Origin: an uncultured bacterium
Lineage (GTDB): Bacteria; Planctomycetota; SZUA-567; JAKLDR01
DNA: 64,000 nucleotides
Assembly: GCA_965370045.1 (NCBI GenBank)
Contig: CBDUSI010000002.1
Span: 5,207 to 69,206, forward strand
Direction: 5' to 3'
In this document: positions 11,081 through 20,787 of the stretch, piece after piece
Numbering within the stretch: position 1 is the first letter of the stretch
Layout of the letters: each line of letters starts with the position of its first letter
Translations under genes and position numbers: made by a program
The notes under the pieces: model-generated
The model's database searches: none
Told to the model about the DNA's origin: nothing
What the model saw: the letters and a program-made list of their open reading frames with translations, nothing else

Positions 11081-13345
11081 CTAACGCTCTCCGGCCGCCA
11101 GCGCGCGGAGGTACTCGTTCACGTAGCGCCGGTACTGGGCAGCCACCGGGGCCCTGCGGCCCAGGGCCTCGCCTATCTCCTCGCGCTTGCCGGGCCCGGG
11201 CCGCAGCGGGCGCAGCGTCCCGTCCGGGGCGCGGACCGCGCGCGGCGCCAGCGAGCTGCCGCGCCCCGGCCCGCCGGCCTCGCGGCCCCAGTCGGTCCGC
11301 AGGGCGGGGGGGGCGTTGGAGGCGAGCTTCTCGCCGGGCCGGGTTTCCATGTTCACCTTCTCGGGGATCACCCGCTCCGGGAGGGGCTCGCCGCTGCCCA
11401 GTTCCCTGCCGGAGGGCGGCTTCTCGGCGGGGTGTCCCGGACCCCTGCCGCTGGGGCCGGGCTTCTTTCCGGGTCGGCTGGTTGACTTTCCGCCGGGGGT
11501 CTTGACCGTGCCGCCGGGGGTCGGCCGGACGCCGGGGCCCTCCGGCTGCTCGGGCGCCTCGCCGCTCTTGCCGTCGCCGGGATTTTCGGGGTTTTCCTTG
11601 CCGGGCTTGCCGGGAGGCTTCTTGCTCCCGGGAGGCTTGCCGGGTCCGGGGGCCTCTTCGCCGGGGGGGGCCATGTACTCGCCCCCGTCCGGGTCGGAGG
11701 GCTTGCCGGAGTCCGGCGGGGACTTGGACGGGGGTTGCTTCTCTCCGAGGTCCGGCTTGTATAGGCTTTCCATCGGGCGGGTGGTCTTCCCGACCTTCTC
11801 GCCGCCATCGCCGGAGCGAGTCGGCGGAGGGGCGGACAGGCGTTGAGGCGGGCGCTTCTCGAGCAGAGGCCCGGCGGCGGAGGCCAGCCGCCGGGGCGGA
11901 CGATAGGCGCCCTCCTCGCTGGCGCCGCGGTTGGGCTTCGGCTGGTGGGTGTCGAAAGCCTCCAGGCGGTAGCGGAAGCCCTCCGCGCTGCCGGCGACCA
12001 GCACTTCGCGGGGGACCAGCACTGCGCCCTGGGACTCGCGCCGGCCGGAGACCTCGGGGACGGCGAAGGCCATGCTCCTGCCCCCGGCCCGGAAGACCAT
12101 GCGCGCCTCTCCCAGCCGGTAGTCGTCGGCCACGCGGTAGTCGACCGCCAGCCGCCCGTCGGCGAGTTCGCGGACCGCCGCGGCCGCCGCCGGGGCCAGG
12201 TCCTTCCGGGCGGTGATCGTCCCGCGGGCCACCTCGCGCGCGGCTCCGCCGCCCGCCGGGCGCACCAGCACCGAGTAGCGGCCCACGCTCCGGACGGTGA
12301 AGGCCACCCGCCAGTCGCCCGGGCGCGTCCGCCGGGCGGAGAGCATCTTCCGGCCGGGCTCGAGGCGGACCTCCACGAACTCGACCGCGCCCCTGGACTT
12401 AACGTGAAGCTCGACGCGGGTGCCCTGCAGGCAGTCGATCTCGGCGGAGGAAACCGTCCGCGGCCCCAGCCCGGTGTATTTCGGGTAGCGGTAAGTCACT
12501 TTCGCCACCGCGGCGTCCGGACGCGGCCGGACCCTCACGCGGAAGGTCCGCGAGGGGTAGACTCCCCCGCGCGCGCCGGCCTCCACCCGGTAGCTGGCGC
12601 CCGTGGGGGCCGCTTCGGTCCGCCACAGCCCGCCGGCCGAGCGGCGCATCTCGGTCGTCGCGCCGGCCTTGAAAACCAGCCGTACCCAGTCCGGCTCACG
12701 CCCGGCCATGCGGCAGGAGGCGGAGAGCGGCTCGCCCTCCTCCAGATCGGCGTCGCCGGGCAGCACCTTCACGATGCGGGTGGGCCCGGTTCCGCCCAGG
12801 CCGGAGACTTGGCCGAGGGCATCGAGGTAACGCGCGCCGCCGGCGGCCAGAAGCGCCAGGCCCAGGCCGAGGGCCAGGAGCACCGAGGCCGGTCCTCGCC
12901 GGGAGCGCCGCTCGCCGCGCGCGACCTCGCCGGCGGTGAGCCCGGCCACGGCCGCGTCGGCGCGCTCGGCGGCCAGCCCGGCCACGCCGGGGTCGAGCCC
13001 GGGGCTGTTCTCCGCCAGCAGGATGAGCGAGCCGGCCAGCTGTGGCCGGGCCCGCTCGGCCAGCGCCGCCAGGTAACGCCGGCCCGGCCGGCGGGCCAGG
13101 GGCAGGAGCGCGGCAGCGACCGCCAGCGCCCCGGCGACCGGGAGCGTCTTGGAAACGAACTCGGCGAAGGGCAGGAGCGTCGGCGGCGCGAAGGCCAGGG
13201 CCGCGGCGGCCAGCTCGGCGCAGGCCAGGAACGCGGCCAGGGACAGCAGTGTCGAGGTGATCAGCGCGCGCAGCAGGAGGCGCACCTCCAGCGCGCGGAG
13301 CAACCGGAGCGCGGACGGCCCCAGGAGCGGGCGGCGGCTCTTCAT
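11081..13345 (-). CDS. Membrane-anchored DUF4175-like protein (TM helices, Ig-like domains, Pro/Gly-rich tail)
   Basis: N-terminal TMs; V.Y.YP.YTGL and V.DDY.L motifs; C-terminal P..YRRYVNEYLRAL. Confidence 0.6.
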   Translation of the reverse strand: MKSRRPLLGPSALRLLRALEVRLLLRALITSTLLSLAAFLACAELAAAALAFAPPTLLPFAEFVSKTLPVAGALAVAAALLPLARRPGRRYLAALAERARPQLAGSLILLAENSPGLDPGVAGLAAERADAAVAGLTAGEVARGERRSRRGPASVLLALGLGLALLAAGGARYLDALGQVSGLGGTGPTRIVKVLPGDADLEEGEPLSASCRMAGREPDWVRLVFKAGATTEMRRSAGGLWRTEAAPTGASYRVEAGARGGVYPSRTFRVRVRPRPDAAVAKVTYRYPKYTGLGPRTVSSAEIDCLQGTRVELHVKSRGAVEFVEVRLEPGRKMLSARRTRPGDWRVAFTVRSVGRYSVLVRPAGGGAAREVARGTITARKDLAPAAAAAVRELADGRLAVDYRVADDYRLGEARMVFRAGGRSMAFAVPEVSGRRESQGAVLVPREVLVAGSAEGFRYRLEAFDTHQPKPNRGASEEGAYRPPRRLASAAGPLLEKRPPQRLSAPPPTRSGDGGEKVGKTTRPMESLYKPDLGEKQPPSKSPPDSGKPSDPDGGEYMAPPGEEAPGPGKPPGSKKPPGKPGKENPENPGDGKSGEAPEQPEGPGVRPTPGGTVKTPGGKSTSRPGKKPGPSGRGPGHPAEKPPSGRELGSGEPLPERVIPEKVNMETRPGEKLASNAPPALRTDWGREAGGPGRGSSLAPRAVRAPDGTLRPLRPGPGKREEIGEALGRRAPVAAQYRRYVNEYLRALAAGER

Positions 13346-13381
13346 CACGGGGTCATCCCCCGCACCCTCGACGGGCCGGCG

Positions 13382-13897
13382 TCAGCGCCCGGCGGCGACG
13401 ACGGCCTCGCGCTCGGCGCTGCGGTCCACCAGGAAGTGCGGTTTGCCCAGAGTGCTGGCCTTTGGCGCCTCTTCGAGGGTCAGGCCCTTGGCCTCCAGCT
13501 GGGCGCGGATCACCTCGAAGGCCAGACCGGCAGGGACGCGCCCCACCCGGGCCGTGATCCGGAGGTCCTGCTTATGGATGTAGTTTCTGGCCTGCTGGGT
13601 GAGGGTCAGCCTGCAGCCCAGCCTGCTGCTCATCCGGGCGAGGACATGGTGCACGGGGGTCTTGTGGAAATCGAGGTTGATGAACCCCTGCTCTGGGAGG
13701 GTGCTCCGGGGCCGGCTGCGGGCCGTGTCCCTCCAGGTGGGCGCCGCCAGCTTCCTGTAATCGTCCTCTGCCTCCCAGGCCGTGTCCGCCCGGCCGGTGC
13801 CGCGCGCCTGGAAACCGACATCGGATTTATCCGCGTAGCATCCGGCGGACAGCAGGATCAGCGCCGCGCCGAGGGGAAGAAGGCTCTTCAGCTTCAT
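13382..13897 (-). CDS. Lipoprotein with a secretin/TonB short N-terminal (STN)-like domain
   Basis: Lipobox SAG|C; INLDFHKTPVHHVLARMSSRLG resembles STN domains. Confidence 0.6.
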   Translation of the reverse strand: MKLKSLLPLGAALILLSAGCYADKSDVGFQARGTGRADTAWEAEDDYRKLAAPTWRDTARSRPRSTLPEQGFINLDFHKTPVHHVLARMSSRLGCRLTLTQQARNYIHKQDLRITARVGRVPAGLAFEVIRAQLEAKGLTLEEAPKASTLGKPHFLVDRSAEREAVVAAGR

Positions 13898-13966
13898 CGT
13901 GCCACCTCCTGCCGGAATGTCCGTGTTCGAAGGAGGGCCGCTTCCGGCGGGAGTGGACGGCCGCTC

Positions 13967-15148
13967 CTACTTGGTCGATTTGTCCTCGCAACGCATCGCG
14001 TCCGCGACGTCCTGCTTGGTGGCGTCCCACTGCTTCTTCTGGAAGCGGAAGTAGTCGCGGAAGCTCCGGCCCAGCTTGCTGCTGCGGCGCAACTCGGAGC
14101 CGAAGTAGCTCTCCATGTCGCGCTCCAACGCCGAGACCTGCTTGGACTGGAAGCGCGCGTAGGCGCGCATGCCCTCGCGGACCCGGGGGGGGCGCACCAC
14201 CAGCTCGTTGTGCATGTAGGTCTTGGCCTCGCCGGGCAGCTCCTTGGCCAGGGCCTTCTGGTGCCGCACGTAGCCGCGGGTCGATTCGGCCAGTTTGGGC
14301 AGCCGCTCCCTCTCGCTCTTGAGGTAGCGTCCCAGATCGTCGGGCAGCTCGGCGGCGAGCTTCTGCTGGTGGCGGTAGTACTCGCGGACGTCCTCGCGGA
14401 GCTTGCCGGTCAGTGCCCAGTTGCTCTTCCAGAAGACCTTCATGTCCGCGGCGAGCTGCGGGGGCAGCTCCCGGAGCTGGTAGCGCATGTAAGTCCCGGC
14501 GTCCTCGCGGAGCTTGGGCGGGCGCTCGACCACCTCGCTGCGGAAGTAGCGGCGCACGTCCTCCTTGGCGGCCCGGGCCAGCTTGACCTGATGGCGGAAG
14601 TACTGGCGGACGCCGACGCGCAGCTTCTTGACCTGGGCCAGGTTGCTCTTGAAGTAGGACTCGATGTCGGCTTCGAGGTCCTTGATGCGCGCCTGCTGGT
14701 AGCGCATGTAAGCCTTGAAGTTCTCGGCCAGTTTGGGGTAGCGCTTTTTCTCGGCGGCCAGGTAGCTCTTGACGTCCTTGGCCATGAGGTCCAGGAGCCT
14801 GCGCTGGTGACGCAGGTATTCCTTGACGTCCCCGCGCAGGGCCGCGGTCAATTTCAGGTTGTACTTGAAGTACTGGTCGATGTCCTTGGGCAGCTCCTTG
14901 CCCAGCTCCTTTTGATGGCGGAAGTAAGCGACCAGGTTTGTCTGCATCCGGACCATGATGCTCAGGTTGTAGCCCATATAGCGCTCGACGTCGTCGGTCA
15001 GCTGGCCGGCCAGGTCCTGCTGGTGGCGGACGTAGTCGCGGACGTCTTCGCGGACCAGCGGCGCGCGCTTGCAGACTTCGCGGCAGCCGCTGAGAGCCAT
15101 TGCCGCCGCGGCGAGGAGCGGAGCCACCACACAGAGGCGCAGACGCAT
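13967..15148 (-). CDS. Lipoprotein made of about 20 tandem 18-residue amphipathic helical repeats
   Basis: Lipobox LSG|C; repeat consensus L.ED[VI]..Y.R[HY]Q alternating with Y..S[NE]; GGAGG RBS. Confidence 0.85.
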   Translation of the reverse strand: MRLRLCVVAPLLAAAAMALSGCREVCKRAPLVREDVRDYVRHQQDLAGQLTDDVERYMGYNLSIMVRMQTNLVAYFRHQKELGKELPKDIDQYFKYNLKLTAALRGDVKEYLRHQRRLLDLMAKDVKSYLAAEKKRYPKLAENFKAYMRYQQARIKDLEADIESYFKSNLAQVKKLRVGVRQYFRHQVKLARAAKEDVRRYFRSEVVERPPKLREDAGTYMRYQLRELPPQLAADMKVFWKSNWALTGKLREDVREYYRHQQKLAAELPDDLGRYLKSERERLPKLAESTRGYVRHQKALAKELPGEAKTYMHNELVVRPPRVREGMRAYARFQSKQVSALERDMESYFGSELRRSSKLGRSFRDYFRFQKKQWDATKQDVADAMRCEDKSTK

Positions 15149-15241
15149 CTAACCCTCCCGGCCCCGCGGACGGGGCCACCGTAATATTGGACGTGTCGGC
15201 AGGGCCCTTATCAGCCCGAAAAGCCGGCCTTTTCAGAGGGG

Positions 15242-15271
15242 ATTCTAAGGCCTGCGGGGGGCGGTTGTCAA
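15242..15271 (-). promoter_or_regulatory. Putative sigma70 promoter for the repeat lipoprotein gene
   Basis: Minus strand TTGACA-N18-TAGAAT. Confidence 0.6.
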
Positions 15272-16017
15272 GGCTCGACAGGGGGCGGGGCAAGTCCCAG
15301 CTCTCGCCTTTGCCCGGCGGTCAGCTTCTGGGGTCCGTTGGGCCGGGCCCGTCCCTCGTAGATGGCGCGCACGACCCGCTTGACCTTCTCGGTGAAGGGC
15401 GCCGCGGCGTGGAAACGCCCCGGGACACTGTAGTTAGCAGCGCCGTCCAGAATCGCCGAGCAGGACGGCCGGACCGTCCAGTCCTGCTCCAGTCGGATGG
15501 AGTGATAGTCGGCGCGGGCCCGCGGCGAGGCGCGGAGCTTCCTCAGCACCTCCGAGCCGGGCTGCATGTCCCGCACCGAGGCCGAGCGCATCTTACGGCC
15601 CTTGGTGGTGCCGTTGTGCGGGGTGCACACGGTCACGATGCGCCGGACGCGCCCGCGCATCTGCTCGGCGTACCAGCGGCAGACCAGCCCGCCCAGGCTG
15701 TAGCCCACCAGGTCCACCCGCTGGCCGGGCTTGAGCTTCAGGCCCGCCACGAAGGCGGCCAGTTCCCGGGCGTACTCCGGGACGCGCTTGTTGGTGCCCA
15801 AGCCCGAGAGCCGGCAGACGTGCACCTCGGCGTCGACTGAGTCGCGCAGCTCCTCAGCGATCGGCTTCACCCACCACTTGACGTTGCCCCAGCCGGGGAC
15901 CAGCACGACCACGCGGGTGCCGGGAATGCGCTCGGCGGGCGGGCGCGGCCGGGAGGCCTTGCACCCCCCCGCAGCCAGCGTCAGGAAGAGGAGGGCGGCG
16001 GTGGCTTTACGGAGCAT
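15268..16017 (-). CDS. Lipoprotein alpha/beta hydrolase (small lipase/esterase)
   Basis: AGG|C lipobox; LVPGW oxyanion loop; GYSLGG nucleophile elbow; TPHNGT; later Asp and His candidates. Confidence 0.85.
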   Translation of the reverse strand: MLRKATAALLFLTLAAGGCKASRPRPPAERIPGTRVVVLVPGWGNVKWWVKPIAEELRDSVDAEVHVCRLSGLGTNKRVPEYARELAAFVAGLKLKPGQRVDLVGYSLGGLVCRWYAEQMRGRVRRIVTVCTPHNGTTKGRKMRSASVRDMQPGSEVLRKLRASPRARADYHSIRLEQDWTVRPSCSAILDGAANYSVPGRFHAAAPFTEKVKRVVRAIYEGRARPNGPQKLTAGQRRELGLAPPPVEP

Positions 16018-16765
16018 TACTGCGCTCCGGCGGCAGGCGCAGCTCCGCCTTCTGCCGGGAGGTGAGCTTCTGGGGGCCGCCGGGTCTGGCCCGCCCCGTG
16101 AAGATGGCCACTATCGTCTTTCGCACGTCCCCCCGGTAGGGCCCCATCAGATGGGCCTTGCCGGGGAGTTGGTAGTTGCTGGCCCCCTCCAAGATGGGCG
16201 AGAAAGAGGGCCTGATCGTGGTGTCCTTGGCCAGCCTGATGGAGTGGTACGCCACGTCGGCCCGCCGCGAGGCGCAGAGCTTCTTCATGGCCCCGGAGCC
16301 CGGCTGCATGTCCTGCACGGAGGGAAGCTTGAGCCTGGCGGCCTTGGTGGTGCCGTGATGCGGGGTGCAGATGGTGACGATGCGCCCCGCGCGCCCGCCC
16401 AGTTGCTCAACGTACCAGCGGCAGACCAGCCCGCCGAAGCTGAAGCCCACCAGGTCCAGCCTGTCTTCAGGCTTGAGCCCCAGCCTCTTCACGTAGTCGG
16501 CCAGCTCCTGGCCGTAGGTGGGAAGGCCCTTGGTGATGCCCAGGCCGGTGAGCTCGATGCGGTGCGTCTCGACGTCGATGTACTTGTGAAGGGTCTCGGC
16601 GATGGGCTTCATCTGCTCGGCGCCGCTGGCCCAGCCGGGGACCAGCACCACCACATGGCGCGGCGCGCCGGGCTGGCGCACCTTTCTGCGGCGCCCGGGG
16701 AACCGGCAGCCGGTCGCGATCAGGGCCACGAGCAGAGCGAGGGCAGCGGTCACTCTCGGAGACAT
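16007..16765 (-). CDS. Lipoprotein alpha/beta hydrolase (paralogue of the neighbouring gene)
   Basis: ATG|C lipobox; LVPGW, GFSFGG and TPHHGT motifs. Confidence 0.85.
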   Translation of the reverse strand: MSPRVTAALALLVALIATGCRFPGRRRKVRQPGAPRHVVVLVPGWASGAEQMKPIAETLHKYIDVETHRIELTGLGITKGLPTYGQELADYVKRLGLKPEDRLDLVGFSFGGLVCRWYVEQLGGRAGRIVTICTPHHGTTKAARLKLPSVQDMQPGSGAMKKLCASRRADVAYHSIRLAKDTTIRPSFSPILEGASNYQLPGKAHLMGPYRGDVRKTIVAIFTGRARPGGPQKLTSRQKAELRLPPERSNAP

Positions 16766-16847
16766 AGCTCGCGCCAGTCTAATGGTTCCCCGTGGGGATG
16801 CAAGAAGAACGTCGAGAAGGTGCTTCGGCCGGCGCGGTCAAAACCCG

Positions 16848-16875
16848 TTGACTGCCGCCCAGCGGACCGTATAAT
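16848..16875 (+). promoter_or_regulatory. Putative sigma70 promoter of the aspC operon
   Basis: TTGACT-N16-TATAAT. Confidence 0.65.
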
Positions 16876-16943
16876 TCCTGTCGACTCCTGGGGCTGCGCG
16901 CGGCGCGGCCCCGCAGTTTGTTGACGGGAACGAGGGAGAAGGA

Positions 16944-18146
16944 ATGCCCAAGCTCGCAGAGCGCATCGGACGGATCGGGGAATCGGTAACCCTGGCGGTC
17001 GCCGCCAAGGCCAAGGCCATGAAGGCCGAGGGCGTCGACGTGGTCGCTTTCGCGGCCGGCGAGCCGGACTTCGACACCCCCGAGTACGTGCGCGAGGCAG
17101 GCAAGGCCGCCATCGACGCGGGCCAGACTCGCTACACCCCGGCGTCGGGAACTCCCGCGCTCAAGAAGGCCATCGCCGACAAGCTCAAGCGCGACAACGG
17201 CCTGGAGTACGACCCGGCCAAGGAGATTCTGGTCTCCTGCGGGGCCAAGCACGCCATCTACAACCTGGTTCAGGCGCTCTGCGAAGAGGGCGACGAGGTG
17301 GTGATCCCCGCGCCCTACTGGGTCAGCTACCCGGAGATGGCCAGCCTGGCCGGGGCGGAGCCGGTGTTCCCGGCGGCGACGAGCCAGCAGGAGTTCAAGC
17401 TGACCCCCGAGCAGCTGGCCGGAGCGATCACCGCGAAGACCAAGGCGGTCATCCTCAACAGCCCCTCGAACCCCACCGGCGCGGTCTACTCGCTGGCGGA
17501 GCTGAAGGCGCTGGCCGCGGTGCTTCTCGAGAAAGATATCTGGGTCATCTCGGACGAGATCTACGAGAAGCTGGTCTACGACGGCGCCGAGCACGTCTCT
17601 ATCGCCGCGGTCGAACCACGCCTGAAAGACCGCGCCCTGGTCGTCAACGGCCACTCCAAGAGCTACGCCATGACCGGCTGGCGGATCGGCTACGCGGCGG
17701 GCCCCGCGGCGGTCATCAAGGCCGCCGGCTCGCTGCAGAGCCATTCGACCAGCGGACCGGCGGCGATGTGCCAGACCGCCGCGCTGACCGCGTTGACCGA
17801 AAAGGACAGCGGCAGCACCGAGCTCGAAGCCATGCGCAAAGAGTTCCAGACCCGCCGCGACCTCATCGTCGAACGGCTGGGCGCCATCAAGGGGATAAGC
17901 TGCGTCAAGCCCCAGGGGGCTTTCTATGTATTCCCGGACGTCTCCGGCTGCTACGGGCGCAAGATCGGCGAGGTCCAGGTGGACGGCTCGCTGAGCTTCG
18001 CGCAGGCCTGCCTGGAGACCGCCCACGTGGCCCTGGTGCCCGGCGCGGCCTTCGGCGCGGACAACTGCGTGCGCATGAGCTTCGCGACCAGCGCCGAAAT
18101 CATCAACAAGGGCCTCGACCGCCTCGCCAAGCTGCTGGCCGTATAG
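16944..18146 (+). CDS. aspC: PLP-dependent aminotransferase class I/II (aspartate aminotransferase)
   Basis: GEPDFDTP, NSPSNPTG, SDEIY and SKSYAMTGWRIGY motifs. Confidence 0.92.
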   Translation: MPKLAERIGRIGESVTLAVAAKAKAMKAEGVDVVAFAAGEPDFDTPEYVREAGKAAIDAGQTRYTPASGTPALKKAIADKLKRDNGLEYDPAKEILVSCGAKHAIYNLVQALCEEGDEVVIPAPYWVSYPEMASLAGAEPVFPAATSQQEFKLTPEQLAGAITAKTKAVILNSPSNPTGAVYSLAELKALAAVLLEKDIWVISDEIYEKLVYDGAEHVSIAAVEPRLKDRALVVNGHSKSYAMTGWRIGYAAGPAAVIKAAGSLQSHSTSGPAAMCQTAALTALTEKDSGSTELEAMRKEFQTRRDLIVERLGAIKGISCVKPQGAFYVFPDVSGCYGRKIGEVQVDGSLSFAQACLETAHVALVPGAAFGADNCVRMSFATSAEIINKGLDRLAKLLAV

Positions 18147-18156
18147 GAGAGATTCC

Positions 18157-18630
18157 ATGTCCGGATGCACGCCCATGAGCCGTGAGGGCTACAGCAAGCT
18201 CCAGAAGGACGTCGCCGCGCTCAAGGCCAAGGGCCCGGATCTGCGCGCGGCCATCCAGCACGCTCGCGAGCAGGGCGACCTCAGCGAGAACGCCGCCTAC
18301 CACGCCGCGCGGGAGGACCTCGCCAAGCTGGAGGCCAAGATCGGCCAGATCCAGGGGCAGTTGGCCAGCGCGGAGATCATCGACGAGGCCAAGCGGGCCG
18401 CGGCCGCCGGCACGGCGGTCTTCGGCTCCTCCGTGAAGGTCGTGGACCTGGACAGCGGCCGGGAGGACGTCTACCATCTGGTGGGCCCTGGCGAGGTCGA
18501 CGTGCTCGACAACAAGATTCTGACCACCAGCCCGGTGGGCCAGGGGCTGATAGCCAAGAAGGTCGGCGACCAGGTGGAGATCAAGGTGCCACGGGGCGTC
18601 ATGCGCCTGCGTATTGAGGAGATCACGTAA
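18157..18630 (+). CDS. greA: Transcription elongation factor GreA
   Basis: AREQGDLSENAAYHAARE and SPVGQGL motifs. Confidence 0.95.
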   Translation: MSGCTPMSREGYSKLQKDVAALKAKGPDLRAAIQHAREQGDLSENAAYHAAREDLAKLEAKIGQIQGQLASAEIIDEAKRAAAAGTAVFGSSVKVVDLDSGREDVYHLVGPGEVDVLDNKILTTSPVGQGLIAKKVGDQVEIKVPRGVMRLRIEEIT

Positions 18631-19740
18631 TTGGCTGAGCCCAATCTCGACGGCCTGCGCGAACGCATAGACGATCTCGACGCCGAGATCGTGAAGCTGA
18701 TCAACGAGCGCGCCGACTGCGCCAAGAAGATCGGCGAGGTCAAGCGCTCGTCGGGCGCCGGGGCCTTCTCCCCGGCCCGGGAGCGCGCGGTTTACGAGCG
18801 CGTCCTGGCGCTAAACAAGGGGCCGCTCGGCGCCGAGAGCATCAAGGCCATCTACCGGGAGATCATGTCCGGGTCGCTGGCCCTGGAGCGCTGCCCGCGG
18901 GTGGCCTACCTGGGGCCCGCCGGCACCTTCACGCACAAGGCGGCCCTCAGCAAGTTCGGCAGCTCGGTGGAGTACCACCCCGAGCCCAGCGTGCGCGACG
19001 TCTTCCTAGAGGTCAGCCGGGAGCACTCCGACTACGGGGTGGTACCCATCGAGAACTCCACCGAGGGCGGCGTCAACCAGACCATCGACTGCTTCTACGA
19101 GACTCGCCTGAGGGTCTGCTCGGAGATCTACGTCGCGGTGCACCACAACCTGATGGCCACCTGTCCCCGCGAGGAGGTCCGGGTGCTCTACTCGCACCCC
19201 CAGGTCTTCGGGCAGTGCCGCGAGTACCTGGGCGCCAACTTCCCGCGCGCCCAGCAGGTGGAGTGCCCTTCGACCACCGCGGCCGCCGAGCGCGCCGGCA
19301 AGGAACCGGGCGCCGCGGCCATCGCCAGCGATACCGCCGCGGAGATCTACGGCCTGCGGGTCCTGGAGCGGGCCATCGAGGACAATCCCGACAACGTGAC
19401 CCGCTTCTTCGTGGTCTCCCGCCAAGCGGCCCCGCGCACCGGCAACGACAAGACCTCGTTGATGCTCTCCATCAAGGACGCGCCCGGGGTGCTGCACGCC
19501 ATGCTCATGGCCTTCAGCGACCGGGGCGTCAACCTGACCCGCATCGAGAGCCGGCCGTCGAAGAAGCGGGCCTGGGACTACTACTTCTTCGTCGACCTGG
19601 TGGGCCACGCCGAGGACCAGCCCGTCAGGGAGGCCCTGGCCGAACTGGCCGGCAGCACCCGGCACCTCGAGATCCTGGGCTCCTACCCCCGGGCCGAGCA
19701 CGTGCCCATGCCCGAGAGCCAGGCCACCGAGGAGGAGTAG
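18631..19740 (+). CDS. pheA: Chorismate mutase / prephenate dehydratase
   Basis: LRERIDDLD chorismate mutase domain; YLGPAGTFT, PIENSTEG, NVTRF and IESRPS motifs. Confidence 0.95.
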   Translation: MAEPNLDGLRERIDDLDAEIVKLINERADCAKKIGEVKRSSGAGAFSPARERAVYERVLALNKGPLGAESIKAIYREIMSGSLALERCPRVAYLGPAGTFTHKAALSKFGSSVEYHPEPSVRDVFLEVSREHSDYGVVPIENSTEGGVNQTIDCFYETRLRVCSEIYVAVHHNLMATCPREEVRVLYSHPQVFGQCREYLGANFPRAQQVECPSTTAAAERAGKEPGAAAIASDTAAEIYGLRVLERAIEDNPDNVTRFFVVSRQAAPRTGNDKTSLMLSIKDAPGVLHAMLMAFSDRGVNLTRIESRPSKKRAWDYYFFVDLVGHAEDQPVREALAELAGSTRHLEILGSYPRAEHVPMPESQATEEE

Positions 19741-19746
19741 CACCGC

Positions 19747-20754
19747 ATGATCTTCGTGATGAATTCCGGGGCCACCCATGCCGAAATCGACCACGTCATC
19801 GAGCGCATAGAGAAGCTCGGCCTCTCCCCCCACATTTCCAGGGGCACCGAGCGGACCATCATCGGGGCGCGCGGCGACGAGCGCGCGCTGCGCGACCTGC
19901 CGCTCACCGCCATCCCCGGGGTGGAGCGGGTCATTCCCGTCCTCAAGCCCTACAAGCTGGCCGCCCGGGAGTTGCACCCCGAGGGCTCGGTCATCCCGGT
20001 GGGCTCCGCGCGAATCGGCGGCGGCCACTTCCTGACCGCCGCGGGTCCCTGCACGGTGGAGAGCCGCGAACGGCTGTCCGAGACGGCCGAGGCGGTGAAA
20101 GCCGCCGGGGCCGGGGCGCTGCGCGGCGGGGCCTTCAAGCCGCGCACCAGCCCCTATTCTTTTCAGGGGTTGGGCGAAGAAGGCCTGAGATACCTCCGCG
20201 AGGTGAGCGACGAGTCCGGTCTGCCGGTGATCACCGAGGTCCGGGACCTGCGCCACGTGGAACTGGTGGCCCGCTACGCCGACTGCCTGCAGGTCGGCGC
20301 GCGCAACATGCAGAATTTTGACCTCTTGACCGAGCTCGGCAAGGTCCGCAAGCCGGTGCTGCTCAAGCGGGGCATGAGCGCCACGGTCAACGACCTCCTT
20401 TTTGCATCGGAATACATCCTGGCCGAGGGCAACCACCACGTGATCCTCTGCGAACGGGGCATGCGCACGTTCGAGACCGCCACGCGCTTCACGCTGGACG
20501 TCAGCGCGGTGGGCGTCCTCAAGGCCGAGAGCCATCTTCCCGTGATGGTCGACCCCAGCCACGCCGCCGGCCGCGTGGACCTGGTCGAGTCGCTATCGCT
20601 CGCCGCCGTCGCCGCCGGGGCCGACGGGCTCATCGTCGAGGTGCACCCCTGCCCGGAGGAGGCGGTCTGCGACGGCGAGCAGGCCCTGCTGCCGGCGGCC
20701 TTCGCCGAAATGATGAAAAAGGTGAACGCGATTCGCAAGGTCGTTAGCGGTTAG
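19747..20754 (+). CDS. aroF: DAHP synthase (class I-beta)
   Basis: AGPC, GGAFKPRTSPYSFQG, GARNMQNF, LKRG and DPSH motifs. Confidence 0.95.
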   Translation: MIFVMNSGATHAEIDHVIERIEKLGLSPHISRGTERTIIGARGDERALRDLPLTAIPGVERVIPVLKPYKLAARELHPEGSVIPVGSARIGGGHFLTAAGPCTVESRERLSETAEAVKAAGAGALRGGAFKPRTSPYSFQGLGEEGLRYLREVSDESGLPVITEVRDLRHVELVARYADCLQVGARNMQNFDLLTELGKVRKPVLLKRGMSATVNDLLFASEYILAEGNHHVILCERGMRTFETATRFTLDVSAVGVLKAESHLPVMVDPSHAAGRVDLVESLSLAAVAAGADGLIVEVHPCPEEAVCDGEQALLPAAFAEMMKKVNAIRKVVSG

Positions 20755-20787
20755 GCTGCGGCCGCGCTCTGCGGCGTAAGGGACGCT

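Noticed and set aside
11843-15184. 1113-aa plus-strand ORF
   Set aside because: Antisense to three coherent minus-strand genes, two with lipoboxes.
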